Positions 39,810 to 53,902 of a DNA stretch of 64,000 bases are shown piece by piece. A program made the position numbers and the translations under genes. The stretch is from Felis catus (taxonomy: Eukaryota): contig NC_058372.1 in assembly GCF_018350175.1 (NCBI RefSeq), positions 98,520,001 through 98,584,000 on the forward strand, written 5' to 3'. Under the pieces are notes generated by a model. The model did no database searches. It worked only from the letters and a program-made list of their open reading frames with translations, and was not told the origin of the DNA. Position 1 is the stretch's first letter; every line of letters begins with the position of its first letter.

Positions 39810-39919
39810 TAGAGCAAGATATTTTTAAATGACATATTTTTCCTAATGCATTTTACTTTCTTAAAATCAACTGAATAATTACTCACCTTGTTTAAGTTTT
39901 CTTAAAAGCATTTTTCATT

Positions 39920-40138
39920 GGGGTGCCTGGGTGGCCCAGCTAGTTGAGCGTCCAGCTTCGACTCAGGTCATGATCTCAAGGTTTGTGAGTTCGAGCCCTG
40001 CGTCAGGCCCTGTGCTGACAGCTCAGTGCCTGGAGCCTGCTTCAGGTCTGTGTCTTCTCCTCTCTCCCCTTCCCGACTTGTGCTCTGTGTCTGTCTGTCT
40101 CTCTCTCTCAAAAATAAATAATAATAATAAAATTAAAG
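39920..40138 (+). mobile_element. Can-SINE
   Basis: Head, CT tract, (AAT)n tail; imperfect TSD ending CATTTTT. Confidence 0.9.
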
Positions 40139-40804
40139 AAAACATTTTTGTTATCTTTAAAATTATTTTTTTACATTATCAATTTTATTCTGAATGTTTA
40201 TTTAAGAAGACTAAAGTGTTTAGGTATAATGCACCAAAGAAGTATTTCAGAAAAAAAAGAATATTTATTATTTCCTCCTGTAGCCTCAAAAAGCCATTTA
40301 GGAAACTACACTCTTTTAAATCTTTTATAGGACTTTGGGATTTTTATAGTTGCTATATTAAAGTCATTTTCAGTGTTGTACAGAAAATTTGTAAAGATTT
40401 ATTTGATAAAATTTCAATATTTGCATAGCTATAATTGTCTAAACATTACTAATTGTGTGTTGAGCTTTCTAATTCTTACTATAGAGCTGCTTCTTCCTGG
40501 CAAAGTTTAAACATCAGTCTCTAAATCAGTTAGGTTAATCTCTATATAATATGATTAAATTAATCTGACCTGGTTACCACATACATTTAAGATACCAGAC
40601 TAATGTTTATCATGACATCACTAAGAATATTTCAATTTTAAAATTGAACTTTTAGAATCTGCCAGTTATATTTAACAGAAATATTTCTTTTCTAAAGTAA
40701 CCTGACGTTATTACAGTATTTAATTTCAAAAACCAAAGTAGTTATAAAATGTGTATAAGGCAAAGCACATTCAAAAACTAATGACATTTCTTTGTCATTT
40801 ATAG

Positions 40805-40921
<117 letters not shown>

Positions 40922-42134
40922 TGAATACAAACAGAAACTTTTGTACCTGTTGTTTAAAGGATATGAAAGAGCCTCACAGCTCTTAGTGATGTATATATAT
41001 TTTTTTCCTTTTTAAATCAGGCATCTGAAAATTACAATTATTTCTTATGGTTGGCTGGAATTTAAATCTCTAATCTGGTTTCTAGAAATTACTGGTGTTA
41101 AAAAGAATGCTGGAATTGCGCTTTGATACGTTTTGATTTGTTTCACCAAGCAAACTCTTTGGATAAGATAATGAGTATATTTTCTTTTAGAAGTGACATT
41201 TTAAGGATTTAATGTAACTCTTAATATTGCATCTACCGAAGAGATTATTTATTGCTATGCTTTGATATGAAGCTACTTCATATTAAGTCTGGGCTGCAGA
41301 CTTTTATTCTATTAAAAATCACCTCTAGGTGATGTTCTGATGCATGAGAGAAATGTTAAGCTGTTCTTTTCCAGATGTTATATTATCTAGAGCAGGAATA
41401 CAGACTTCATTCAGGAGGAACAAAAACGTGAGACTGTTAGTCAAAAGTGAAATACAGTGTGGTGATATTGAACAGTTCATTGTAACTCTTTCAAATGAAA
41501 GAACCTAACTCCCTTTGTATTGAAGTTCTGTCTGTGAACATTTTGAATCCATGTAGATTGCCGGTTTCTTAAATATGTTGGTAGCTACAGTTTGGAACCC
41601 ATTTTCACTAAGTTCTTTGTAAATCTATTTTCTGTGTTATAATAATTTTAGATAGATTGTATATTGTGATTTCCTGCATTCGTGGATATGGTTGTTCTTC
41701 ACTCTCCTATTCTGGGAGTTTTTATTAATATACTGTATCGATTCTTGTTTTACTTGGAGATAGAAGCGGTTGATCAGGGATTCCTTTGAGAATCTAAGAA
41801 AAGCTATGGGCCTTATAAAAATAAAAGTATATTTGTGCAAGTAAACCTTTGCACACAGTCTTGAGGCGTTCATAGATTTCTTGAAATTTGTCTTGTGGAG
41901 CCTTTAAGTGTATGGTTTAGAAGATAAGGTTTTGACACAAGTTTTTGGTAAAGCAGCATGTGATCCAATAACTACCTGTAATTGCTAATATTAAAGAATT
42001 TGTTGGCTTTTAAAAATTATAGCTTAGTTGTGCACTATTATATGCTTCTCTATGAAATAGCTAGTGATTCTTAGAGGCAATACATCATCTAAAGAATAAG
42101 TACAATCTTACAGATTGAATTTGTTTATTTTTAG

Positions 42135-42311
<177 letters not shown>

Positions 42312-42634
42312 TAAAAGATAGTTTCATGTAGTTATGTAATTATAACCCATAATCTGTGGCTTTGGTTGTTTCAATTTCATTATTCATCAATCAGATATCA
42401 AATAGCCTATAGTATCTGCCAAGTGCTGTTCAATTTCATATAGGATAAGCATAAATATAGAAATGGTTTGGGCCTTTAAGAAGTCTGTTGTCGGGCATGT
42501 TGAGGAATGAAAAAGTAAAAAAAAAAAAAGAAAGAAAAGAAAAAAATTAGCTTGGACTATAAACATCTGCCCTGCCATTCATCAGCTGGAAAAACAGATA
42601 CTGGTAAAACTGGTTTAAATTAACAGGGATTTCT

Positions 42635-42747
42635 GGGGCACCTCGGTGGCTCAGTCGGTTGAGCGACTGACTTCGGCTCAGGTCATGATCTCATGGTTCA
42701 TGAGTTCAAGCCCCGCGTCAGGCTTGCTGTCAGCACAGAGCCTGCAT
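42635..42747 (+). mobile_element. Can-SINE 5' half
   Basis: tRNA-like head only, no tail. Confidence 0.8.
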
Positions 42748-43857
42748 CCTTCCCCCAAATTCAGTCATAACCCCTTTACTTCATTTATTCACAGACAAGT
42801 GTAGATATACTTTTGGCTTTTATGGATTCTGCTGTCTAGCTTTGGGACAGTAGTGAGATGCCCCACAGTTCTGATGTGTACATCATCCCTTATTGCAATG
42901 AGTCAGTACACCTGTCTTTGCCGTACTATGGATTTGTCTCTGGGAGTCTTAGGCTGACTACACTAGGATGAGGGACAAAATCTAATACATGCAAGGCAAG
43001 TCCACTATTGTGGTTAAGAGCCAAGCTGTGTAGTGAAAAGTTACATGGGGGTGGAGATTATGTAAGAGGTAGATGACTTGGACCAGGAATGGCCAGGAAA
43101 GATTTCCTGGGGAAAGTGAGACTCCAGCTGGACCTTGAAGGAGGAACAAGATTTGGATGGATGTGGGGAAGAGGGGGAAAGAACCCCAGTAGGGATGATG
43201 GCAGGGGCACAGGCTTGAAGATGTCCCTGGGTCCTGGAATGTTGGCACGTAGTTGGGTGAGGCCAGACTGCATGGGACCTTGGCAGCCAGGCAGAGGACA
43301 ATTGTATGGGATTGCTTCTCTGATGGCAGTGCCTTATTTTGAGTCTGCATTTTTTTTTAAACATTTAACAACTTTATTTTTGTGCTCTTTAAACCAGCTG
43401 GACTGTATGCAATGTTAACTGAGTGATTAGTATCTATAGATGTTAACAAAATTAATATGGACTTAACTGTGCTGTGTAGTTTCAAATGCTTATGTTTTTC
43501 TGATTAGCACTTTCTATTTTGGGACACTATTTGTTGAAACTTTGATTATATTCTGCCATATTTGAAGTTTTTCTCCATGTGCTCTCATAGCTCTTCATAT
43601 GTAATCCCTTCAGGTCCATTTTGTGTCTAAGTGGCTGTCAGGGAAGGTCAAGAGTGGTAGGTGTGTTTAGCTTCTTCTTTGGACTGGCCCCTTTTTTACA
43701 CTTTCTGCTCAGTCTTGACAAATATGTTGAAGTTACATGTTTAACAGATAAATGTTTATGGATGTTTGCACGTCTGTGTATGTCAAGTGAGTTCATGTGT
43801 TTAATTAAATTCCATGAATGCTGTAATGTTAAATTCCACTTTAAGTGTCACATATAT

Positions 43858-44321
43858 GTTTTTTAATTAATTAATTTATTTTCAGAGAGAGAGCAAGTGG
43901 GATGGGGCAGAGACAGAGAATCCCGATCTGTCTCCACACTGTCAGCGCAGAGCCTGATGTGGGGCTTGACCTCATGAACTATGATATCATGATTTGAGCT
44001 GAAATCAAGAGTTGGACATTTAACTGACACTTAACCCACCCAGGTGCCCCAGTGTTGCATATATTTTATTTTATTTTATTTTTATTTTTTTATTAAAAAA
44101 AATTTTTTTTTACATTTATTCATTTTTGAGAGACAGAGGAGAGACAAAGTGCAAGCAAGGATGGGGCAGAGAGAAAGAGAGACAGACACACACAGAATCC
44201 CAAGCAGGCTCCAGGCTCAGAGCTGTCAGCACAGTCCTATGCGGTGCTTGAACTCATGAACCATGAGATCATGACCTGAGCCAAAGCCGGTTGCTTAACG
44301 ACTGAGCCACCCAGGTGCCCC
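43858..44321 (-). mobile_element. Two adjacent Can-SINEs (43858-44050 and ~44065-44321)
   Basis: Two antisense heads ending CAGGTGCCCC. Confidence 0.88.
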
Positions 44322-44377
44322 ATGTATATTTTAAATTAAAGGAAAAAAAAAACACCCTGGAAATACAATGTGTCTTA

Positions 44378-44494
44378 TTTTTTTTAATATATGAAATTTA
44401 TTGTCAAATTGGTTTCCATACAACACCCAGTGCTCATCCCAAAAGGTGCCTTCCTCAATACCCATCACCCACCCTCCCCTCCCTCCCACCCCCC
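44378..44494 (-). mobile_element. Very short felid L1 3' tail insertion
   Basis: TSD ACAATGTGTCTTA at 44365-44377 and 44495-44507. Confidence 0.88.
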
Positions 44495-46244
44495 ACAATG
44501 TGTCTTAAATATAGTAAGGTTTTAATTTCAGTATTAGTTACTTAATAGGTTAAACTTATTCCTTTCAATGCTGATACTTATACTTTTTTAAAACGGAAAT
44601 TTCCTCAGGTGAATGTAATGTTGAATGCCTCATTAGCCAGGGTTTATTATCCAAAATTGAACCTTCCTCGATGATTAAGAGTAACGAAGTGACGATCAGT
44701 TATTGAACTGTTTAAAAATAGCTACCCTTGGGTATTCTGGAGTTGAAGTGGGCAGCTTGCCTTTACATTAAATGGTCTCTAGACCGTTACACTGTTTTGT
44801 TTTTATGGTTCTTTAGTCATCCTTCATTGTTCTTGGCATATTTGCTTTTAGCAGTATTCCTTGCCTCGTTTTATTTTATTTATTTATTTTTTCCTTGCCT
44901 CGTTTTAAAATGAGTTATCTATCGATAACTAAACTTATAAAACCAGAGCTTGATTTTTATCAATTGATAACCAGGTTTGTAACCAGATAATTTATTTTAT
45001 ACACAAGTATTAGAAAACTTTGGGTGAAGGCTGAAGGTGTCTTCTTGTCTCTCATAGAGGTGACATCCATAGGTGTTGTGGTAGCTGTTTCTCTTGCGGT
45101 TAGAGACATCTTAAGATTGAGACTATCCTTGGATAATGAAGTCACTGACAGACTGACCTACCAGTAAAGTGACACAATAATGTACTAAGTAAAGATGTAT
45201 TGGTTTTATGGAAATATATTGTATGTATTCTTGTTCGACCATGTCAGTGAAGCTTAGGATCACTGAAAGAGTAAATAGAGAGTTAATGGAAATCTATGAT
45301 TTGTCTCGTAAGTCCTGTCTTAGAAACCGTGAGGGATATTGAAACAGTGAAATGCAAAGTGCCTATCTTTGAAAAATATATAGTCTGGTTGTCAAAATAA
45401 TACATATGAGAAGTGACTAGCATGGTTTTCTTCTGTTCTGTGACCAAAATATTTTCTTAGTTAACTTTTTCAGCATGTGTAGTTTGTGAATAGTATTTTG
45501 CTGGAATGTTTTTAGACTGTTATCACGGTTAATTTAGTTCATCATCTGTAAGAATCTAGAGCAGTGATTCTCAGTTGTCTGCAGTAATGGACCAGATTGT
45601 TTCTACAGAAATGTCACAGACCAACACATGATCCTACTGTGCATAACTAGTCTGCAGCTTGGAGCACATGTGACTCATCACACAAGTTCAGTAAGACCCA
45701 AACTAGTCTATGCCCTATTCAAGGCAAGTTCATTGATGATGCACTTGGATGTTGTAGCAATCTCAAATTGCTCTAAAGTTTCTAAATCCTTACTTTTTCC
45801 ACTTGTTTTCTTGTCTTTTCATGGGTGTGGTACTCACGAAAAGCTCATGGATTGTCGCTGGTCCCTAGATATGAGTCGATCTAGTCATATGTCTACCTTA
45901 TACATTTCTGACCCACTCCATTGTTATTTGATAGCCAGCAGGAGGTTTGGTCAACCACTGAATGAGATCACTCCCATTTGAGAGCATTCCTCCCAAAGTT
46001 GTTTTATTTGATCTTGGGGCACATGGATGGAGTTGGTGGCTAGTTACCTATAGTCTTTACTAGGCTTAGCTCTGTGACATCCCAGCCTGTTTTGCTACAT
46101 AGCTTCAGGTCAATGTCCTTTTTCTGCCTGTCAGAGGATACTGTTCTAAGTTTCTAGCATATTGAAGGGGAGTAGTAGAGTAAGTATCATTGTAGACTAA
46201 GACACAGTTGTTATTTAAAGCAGCACACTTAGAAATGGATTTCA

Positions 46245-46353
46245 GGGGTGACTTGGGCTCAGGTCATGATCTCACAGTTTGTGAGCACGAGCCATGCTGA
46301 CAGCTCAGAGTCCGGAACCTGGTTCAGTTTCTGTGTGTCCCTCTCTCTCTGCC

Positions 46354-46402
<49 letters not shown>

Positions 46403-46433
46403 AATGCATTTAAAAAATTAAAAAAAAAAAAAA
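46245..46433 (+). mobile_element. Internally deleted Can-SINE with long (CT)n
   Basis: TSD AGAAATGGATT. Confidence 0.85.
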
Positions 46434-49334
46434 AGAAATGGATTGCAGATCCATGATAATAATGAAGATAACAGCACATAGTGTGAGCCTCAGACCATTA
46501 AGGGACCAGTAGATTTGGTGTTAGAGCATCACTTTGGTTCTAGAGGGCTCTGTTGTGCCTAGATCCTATGTACCTTATGGAGGTTTTTCATGCTTCTCTG
46601 CCAGAGTGCTGTTCTCCCTAAAGGCTTTTAAGATAATGACTAGCTGGCATGGTGGTGACCCCTGAAGTGGGATACTGCATTCTTCTCTGTTGGTGGGCTG
46701 GTGGGGTCCTCTCCAGCCACCAGAACTCCCACTGCATCCTTTTATACTATCCTTTTCTGTATACTTTGCTCAGTGTCCATTTCAAATGAAAATGCCTTCT
46801 CTATGGGGAGAGAGAGAAATCACTTTTGCAAGATGACTGTCATCATGGCTTCTGAGAAGTGCTCAGTGAAATTGGTGTGGGGTCATAAGTACACAGAATG
46901 AAGATGAAAAAACTTGTTCTGATTTTGGTGTGTTTAAGTGGTGAATAGGCTAACTCCTGGCAGATGTTCTGTGCCTTTCTGAAGTCTTTTAATTGTTGGC
47001 TGTATTTGATAAGAACTTTTTTAAAATGAGAGTGACATTTCCAGTTAGTAGTAAAAAGGAAGAAGGAAAAAATTTCATTTATAATAAACCGAAGGCATTT
47101 GTGCTGGTAGAAGAGTCTCTTTTGTGCAATATATTTACTTCCCTGTATTCAGATTATGAAGAGAAAGGTAGAATGGTATAAATAGTCTTGAGCTAAAAAA
47201 CATAAAATTAAAATTCAGTTGGAGTATAGATTGAGAAATTATTAGAGATTTTTTTCAATAAAAAGTAAATATATAGCAAGAATGAAAGGAGAACTCATTC
47301 ATTTTGGAAATACTTGTTATTTAAACCCTTGAGTGTTTTTTTGCTGCTTCCAAGGGCTTTACTTTTATGAGTTTTATCCTTGTAAAAGGATAGCTTCTTT
47401 TTTACTCGCTTTTAATGAGATTGTCATCAGCTCTTTTCCTCCCTATTCCTGCGTCCTTCAGCTTTAGTCAGGGAATTTTTTGTCAGTCTCTAAGGCAAAG
47501 AAAGGAGTAAATGAACTTTTTTTTAAGAAGCACTTTGCACTTTGTGGATCTCTAAAATATAAGTATGCTTCACTCTTTTAATGGTGTTTTTTCCTCAATA
47601 GCTTTTTCTCTTGTATATTTTAGCTCATTTATGTTAATATGTCAATTCCTAGTTTCCTTTTTTTGTCAGCTGAGAATAACAAGACACAGACATTAGGTAT
47701 TTGTCAATTCTAGAACAAAAAATTCATAGTATCAAATCCTAGCTCAGACATTACAGAATATAACACTCTGAGAGAGAGAGAGAGAGATAGTGCAGGTGTA
47801 TGTGAGAACATGCACATGTACACATGAGAAAGTTTTGAAAGATAATTATGCTAGATATAAGATTCTTGGTTGACAGTTTTTTCTTTCTTTCAGTACTGTG
47901 AATATATTATCCTACAGCCTTGTGCCCTCCATCGTTTCTGATAGGAAGTCAGCTGTATGATAGTATCTGACTCTTGCTCCCAGTGAGCTGGGGTGAGGGC
48001 AATGGGGACCCAGTATTCTTGACCAGTCATGCTGGGGTAGAGTCTCTACAAGTAGGAGCTGGGGAGAAGAAGGAATCCCCCAATCTCAGCAGAGCTTACC
48101 TGGGAATAGAGCTCCTATAACACAGAGCTGGAGGGAATGAGACATTCTGGTGGCCTGCACCTTCTGAGCAGAAACCTTGGCCTTAGACTGAGAACTAGGG
48201 AGAGAGGGAAAACACTATCCTCTTGGTTACACCTGCCCAGAGTTGATATCCAGTCACACCAGACTGGGAGAGAGGTGTGAAAGGGAAGTAGGTTATGGTT
48301 CAGATGTCACACACTTGCTGTTCTTACCAAGGTTTAGTAGATTTTCTTGAATAAATATTTCTCCATTTGTTATATGCCATTAGAACAATTTCCAGAAACT
48401 TTAAAAGTTTTGTTTTGTTTTTATAAATTTTACCAGTTTTGTTTGTTTCACTGGAGAGAGGGTCTGCTGGTCTCCTCATTTTGCCATTTTGGAAATGACC
48501 CCTCCCCCCAAAGGGAGTTAGTTTTCACTCCCAAAGCAAAAGTTCTGGGAGCCAAAAAAAATTTAATCAAGACTATAGAATAAGTAGGGTGTTGCTAAGA
48601 ACTTAGTGCTACTAAACATAACACATATGGTCTTTAATCACCCATGTACAACATGTGCACTTCAATGATTTGACATAAAATATAGTTTTATAATGCTCCA
48701 ACTTTCAAGCTTAACTATCACAGGTGATACCTGTGGAAGATTGCATGAAGGATATGCAATTTACTGGATATATTGTTTGCTGAAACAAAAAAAGGTGGAT
48801 CTGGCTCCACCTCTCCCTGTCCCATTGAAGTCACCTCATTATTGTATAAATGGTTTCCAATGCGGTGTTACTCTTCCTTGGCAACCATTGATTGGTCCAG
48901 GGCTGGGCACCCAATCCAAGTTGGGCCAGTCCACGTCCTTTCCTAGGAATTCTGGAATTGAACTTGATAAAAAAAAGTTGTTTTTTCCAGTGAAGCTTCT
49001 GGGCGTAAAACTTAGAGCTGTTAGCATCTGTGTTTCCCACCACGTTTCCAGAGAAGTGGAGGGGGCTGGTCTGTGGAGGAGGCTAGTCTATATATAGAGA
49101 GAAGAATGGAGCACATGTTCAGATCTTGACACTAGGTGTTTTTTGGAGGCCCAATCATATTGTTGCCCATTGGTGCCTTGGATCACCTCAGTACCCTTAA
49201 TATAAATTTCTTTTTTTAAAGGTGGCTCCAGTTGGGTTTTGCTACTAGTAATCAGGAATCTATGAAGTTTATTCTTCCTTTTGAGCAACATGTCCCAAAG
49301 TATGTTCCTCAGAACTTATCCTTTGGTTAATTTA

Positions 49335-49555
49335 TTTTTATTTGTTTATTTAAAAAATAAATGTTTATTCATTTTTGACCGAGAGAAATATTGTGAGTGG
49401 GGGTCAGGGAGGGGAAAGAGAGAGGGGGACAGACAATCCAAAGTGGGCTCTTCACTGACAGCAGCAAGCCTGATGAGGGGCTCGAACTCACGAACTGTGA
49501 GATCATGACCTGAGCTGAAGTTGGATGCTCAAGTGACTGAGCCACCCAGGTGCCC
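49335..49555 (-). mobile_element. Can-SINE
   Basis: TSD TGGTTAATTT. Confidence 0.88.
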
Positions 49556-50097
49556 TGGTTAATTTCTTTTTAAAAAAGAGGATGAGGTTCTTAATCTTTA
49601 TCCCCCATCGAGATTCACAGGTGCATGTTAGCACAGTACTGTAAGTTTCTGAAAACTTACTTGGTTTTCTGTTTGCTTTTATGTACTTTTTACTAGTATA
49701 TATATTGATTTAGTTTGCATATGTGTATAAATATGACATAAAAGTTACAGTCTTAGCCATTTTCAAGTGTACAGTATAATAATGTTAACTATACATACCT
49801 TGTTGTGCAACAGATCTCTAGGCCTTTTCATCTTGTGAAATGAAACTCTATACCTATTAAATAACCAACTCCCCTTAATCTTATGTATATTTTTGCTTAA
49901 AGCACATCAATCCTATTTGGAATGAGACTAAATATAAAAGAATGACTGAGATAAAATGGTTTAGAGTAGTATTTTTTAAGTGAGATATATGTCAGTATGG
50001 AGATTAATTATAATACCACTGAAAATGTGTATGGCTGTGAATCAGAAATAAAGTAGGAAATGTGTCAGAAAACTTTTGCCTTTTAAATATATATCTA

Positions 50098-50297
50098 GGG
50101 CGCCTGGGTGGCTCAGTCGGTTAAGCAGCTGACTTCAGCTCAGGTCATGATCTCATGGTCCGTGAGTTCGAGCCCCGCGTCGGGCTCTGTGCTGACAGCT
50201 CAGAGCCTGGAGCCTGTTTCAGATTCTGTGTCTCCCTCTCTCTAACCCTCCCCCATTTATGCTCTGCCTCTCTCTGTCTCAAAAATAAATAAATGTT
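50098..50297 (+). mobile_element. Can-SINE about 60 nt upstream of the FIG4 exon 4 acceptor
   Basis: TSD AAATATATATCTA. Confidence 0.93.
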
Positions 50298-50358
50298 AAA
50301 TATATATCTAAAAGCATTACTAAGTGTAGGAAACTTTATCTTTCTTTTTGTTGCATAG

Positions 50359-50515
50359 GTTTTGTGAGGTTTCTAGAAGGCTATTATATTGTGTTAATAA
50401 CTAAAAGGAGGAAGATGGCAGATATTGGAGGTCATGCAATATATAAGGTTGAAGATACAAATATGATCTATATACCCAACGATTCTGTACGAATTACTCA
50501 TCCTGATGAAGCCCG
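50359..50515 (+). CDS. FIG4: FIG4 exon 4 (157 nt): (G)[51 protein letters not shown](R)
   Basis: catAG acceptor, GTATGT donor; SAC-domain N-terminal sequence, also visible in ORF 50364-50585. Confidence 0.97.
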
Positions 50516-50539
50516 GTATGTAGCAGTGGTAACTACTGT

Positions 50540-50540
<1 letters not shown>

Positions 50541-50580
<40 letters not shown>
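50541..50580 (+). repeat. (TGT)13 microsatellite 25 nt downstream of the FIG4 exon 4 donor
   Basis: Perfect trinucleotide run read directly. Confidence 0.95.
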
Positions 50581-50581
<1 letters not shown>

Positions 50582-52214
50582 TTAAATGTGGTAGACCAAC
50601 TAGGAAACAAAATACAGTCAAAATATTATAGGTATTATGTTAAAGATGCAAAATACTAGCTCAGAATTCTGTAGTTTTGTCCAAGGTCTATTATTAACCT
50701 CTGTTACAACAGTTGATTCAGGTGAGGATCAACAACAGCTACTAAAGGCATTAGGTGAAATGTTACTGAGGGAAGAATATTCACTCAGTCTCAACATCTA
50801 CTCCATGAATCTTTTTATTTACAAAGAAAAAAAAAGAATGGCAAACATACTTAACCCAAATGTTCAAACTTAGCATCATGTGACAAAACTGACATTATCT
50901 GCCTCTCGGTGTGAAGCAATGGGAAGGACACAGATTACCTGCATAGTTTTCTTGCTAAAAATATATATGTATTTGTTTTTTTATGCTGTGTTTACCATGA
51001 TGAGTGTGGTTTCTGTCTGTTGCCATATGACATTGTTACAGTGTTATTAACTACATTCCCTGTGCTGTACTTTTCATCCCTGTGATTTCTTTTACAACTG
51101 GGAGTTTATACCCCTTAATCCTCTTCACCTATTTCACCCATCCTCCAATCCAACCCCCTCCCCTCTGGCAATATTAACTTGAATCTGAGCATGAGGAAAT
51201 AATCAGACAAACCCATCTTGTGGGACATTCTGTAAGACAACTGGCCTGAACTCTTTAAAGATGACAGTGTCATCAAAGACCGAAAAAGCCAGAGGACTGT
51301 TCTAGATTTTAGAACAGGCATGACAACCAGATGCAGCACATGAATATCTGTTGGATCCTGGATTAAAACGTATGTGTGCGTACACAGGTGTGTGCATTTA
51401 CACACAGAGCTGCAAAGAACTTCATGTGCACAGTTTGTACGTGGATTATATACTAGGAGGTACTGAATCAATATTAAATTTTAAGTGTAAAAATGATATT
51501 CTTTTTTTTTAGGAGATTATCTTTGTTCATAATAGATATATACTAAAATATTTAGGAGTGAAGTGTCATCATGCCTGCTACTTACTGAAAATGCTTTAGG
51601 AAAATAAAACGTACTTGTGTATTTAGAAAGAGGGAATGTGCATGTGTGTGTTTAAGGAGAGAGATCTAACAGTGAATTCAAATGAAGGGAATTATTGTAC
51701 TATTTTTCCTTCCAATTTTTCTGTAGATTTGAAATCTTTAAAAAGTTTTGGAGGGAAATTAGAGCCTTGGGAGCCTTGGGAATGTGGGAAAAGGCTATTA
51801 ATAAGTTGATAGAGAAAAGAATAGAATGGATTTATCTTAATACATAAATTTATTTATTATGAACATAATAAAGGTTAAAATGGAACAAAGTTAGGCATGC
51901 TTATTTGTTTTTAAGTTTAAATTTTAGTTACACTCTATACTTTTATAGTGTTGTTCTAGATACATGAGCCAAAATTTAAAGGTGGTGTGGCTCTGTTGCT
52001 TAAGAACCTCTTAGTGGATTTTGGACTCTCATGATTCTGTCTTTGATGATATATGGAAATGGAGTTGTCAAAAAATAATTGGTTTCAGATTATTTACCTA
52101 TTCAGATTAAATAAGAATTTAACAAAGTAGTCCTTTGTCTTATACTAACTGAAAAAAATTATATCCTGCATATCTTACAGGAAGACATAGTATGTTGATT
52201 GAAAGTAAATTAGG

Positions 52215-52363
52215 TACTCCCAAAAGAAAACAAAAACACCGACTCAAAAAGATACGTGCAACCCTATGTTTATTGCAACATTATCTACAGTAGCCAAGAT
52301 GCGGAAGCAACTCAAGTATCCATCCATAGATGAATGGATAAATAAGATGTGGTGCATATGCGT

Positions 52364-52406
<43 letters not shown>

Positions 52407-52885
52407 ATGGAATATTATTCAGCCATAAAGAGAATGAGCTCTTGTGATTCATGACAACATGGGTAGACCTAGAAGGTGTTACGCTAAGTAAAATAAGTCA
52501 GACAGAGAAAGATAAATGCCATGTGATCTCATTTATATGTGGAATCTGAAAAACAATACAAATAACAAACCAAAGCCAGAAACAGACTCATGAATACAGA
52601 GAACAAATTGGTGGTTGCCATAGGAGCAGAGGTGGGAGGATGGGTGAAATAGGTGAAGGGGATTAAGAAGTATAAGCTTCCAGTTATAAATAAGTCATGA
52701 AGATGAAAAGTACAGCATGGGGAATATAGTCAATAATATTGTAATAGTGTTGTATCATGACAGATGGTAAGTACACTTACCATAGTGAACATTGAGTAAT
52801 GTACAGAATTGTCAAATCACCATGTTGTACACCTGAAACCAATATAACATTTTTGCCAACTATACTTCAGTAATAAATTTTTTTT
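52215..52885 (+). mobile_element. L1 3' end, older subfamily, with internal (CA)n
   Basis: ORF2 C-terminal peptide MFIATLSTVAK..PSIDEWINKMW; 3'UTR; AATAAA. Confidence 0.85.
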
Positions 52886-53044
52886 AAATAGTGAATCAGA
52901 CCACATGTGAATCTAAGGGGTGAGAAAAAGTTGAAGAGGTTATTACTTATAAACCTCATCTTTATGATTCTTTAGCCAGGAATGGTAAAACAAATTATGT
53001 TGTTCTATATAGTGATTTGACTGTCTTTAAAGAGTGAAATTACT

Positions 53045-53255
53045 GGGGCACCTGGGTGGCTCAGTCGGTTAAGTGTCTGACTTTGGCTCAGGGCACGATC
53101 TAGCAGTTTGTGAATTCAAGCCCCGCATTAAGCTCTGTGCTGACAGCTCAGAGCCTGGAGCCTGCTTCAGATTCTGTCTCTCTCTCTCTCTGCCTCTCCC
53201 CAGCTCACACTCTGTCTCTCTCAAAAATAAATAAATTTTTAAAATAATTAAAAAA
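53045..53255 (+). mobile_element. Can-SINE
   Basis: Head, CT tract, AT-rich tail; repeated flank AAATTACT. Confidence 0.88.
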
Positions 53256-53454
53256 TTAAAATTACTTATTAAAATAAAGAGTAAAATTACTGTAGGATTA
53301 ATACTGTGTAGCAGTGGACATTATCCAGAGCAAGATACAATTATATTAATAGTTTGTTATAGGTAGGCTGAAGTAGTATTACTAGATAGGTAAAACTTGT
53401 AATGTATTTATAAAACTATCTAATGCAATAAGTCACTTAAGTTAAAAGATTTGG

Positions 53455-53570
53455 TGGTGTGCCTGGCTGGCTCAGTTGGAAGAGCATGCAAGTCTTGATC
53501 TCTGAGTCATGAGTTTGAGCCCCATGTTGGGTGCAGAGATTACTAAAAAGTAAATAAATAAACTTAAAAA
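53455..53570 (+). mobile_element. Short tRNA-derived Can-SINE without CT tract
   Basis: A/B-box-like head and A-rich tail; TSD AAAAGA(T/C)TTGGT. Confidence 0.75.
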
Positions 53571-53681
53571 AAGACTTGGTAAAATATTAGGAAATACAAA
53601 TACAGTACAACTCAACATTTTATACAAAATGAGAAGTAGAGGTTATCCCTGCAATGCATGGTTGTATCAGCACTAGAAAAA

Positions 53682-53902
53682 AAAATTTTTTTAATTTTTT
53701 TTTTTTAACGTTTATTTATTTTTGAGACAGAGACAGAGCACGAACGGGGGAGGGGCAGAGAGAGAGGAAGACACAGAATCTGAAACAGGCTCCAGGCTCT
53801 GAGCCGTCAGCACAGAGCCCAACGCGGGGCTTGAACTCACGGACCATGAGATCATGACCTGAGCTGACGTCGGATTAACTGACTGAGCTACCCAGGCGCC
53901 CC
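53682..53902 (-). mobile_element. Can-SINE
   Basis: TSD CACTAGAAAA. Confidence 0.92.

Noticed and set aside
42982..43418. Cluster of overlapping 70-120 aa ORFs on both strands
   Set aside because: No recognisable domain or exon structure; likely a decayed old repeat of moderate GC
50516..50585. Poly-Cys (and antisense poly-Thr) protein tail
   Set aside because: Read-through of exon 4 into the intronic (TGT)n microsatellite
53455..53570. Functional tRNA gene
   Set aside because: tRNA-like head followed by an A-rich tail and TSD, so a SINE-type retrocopy
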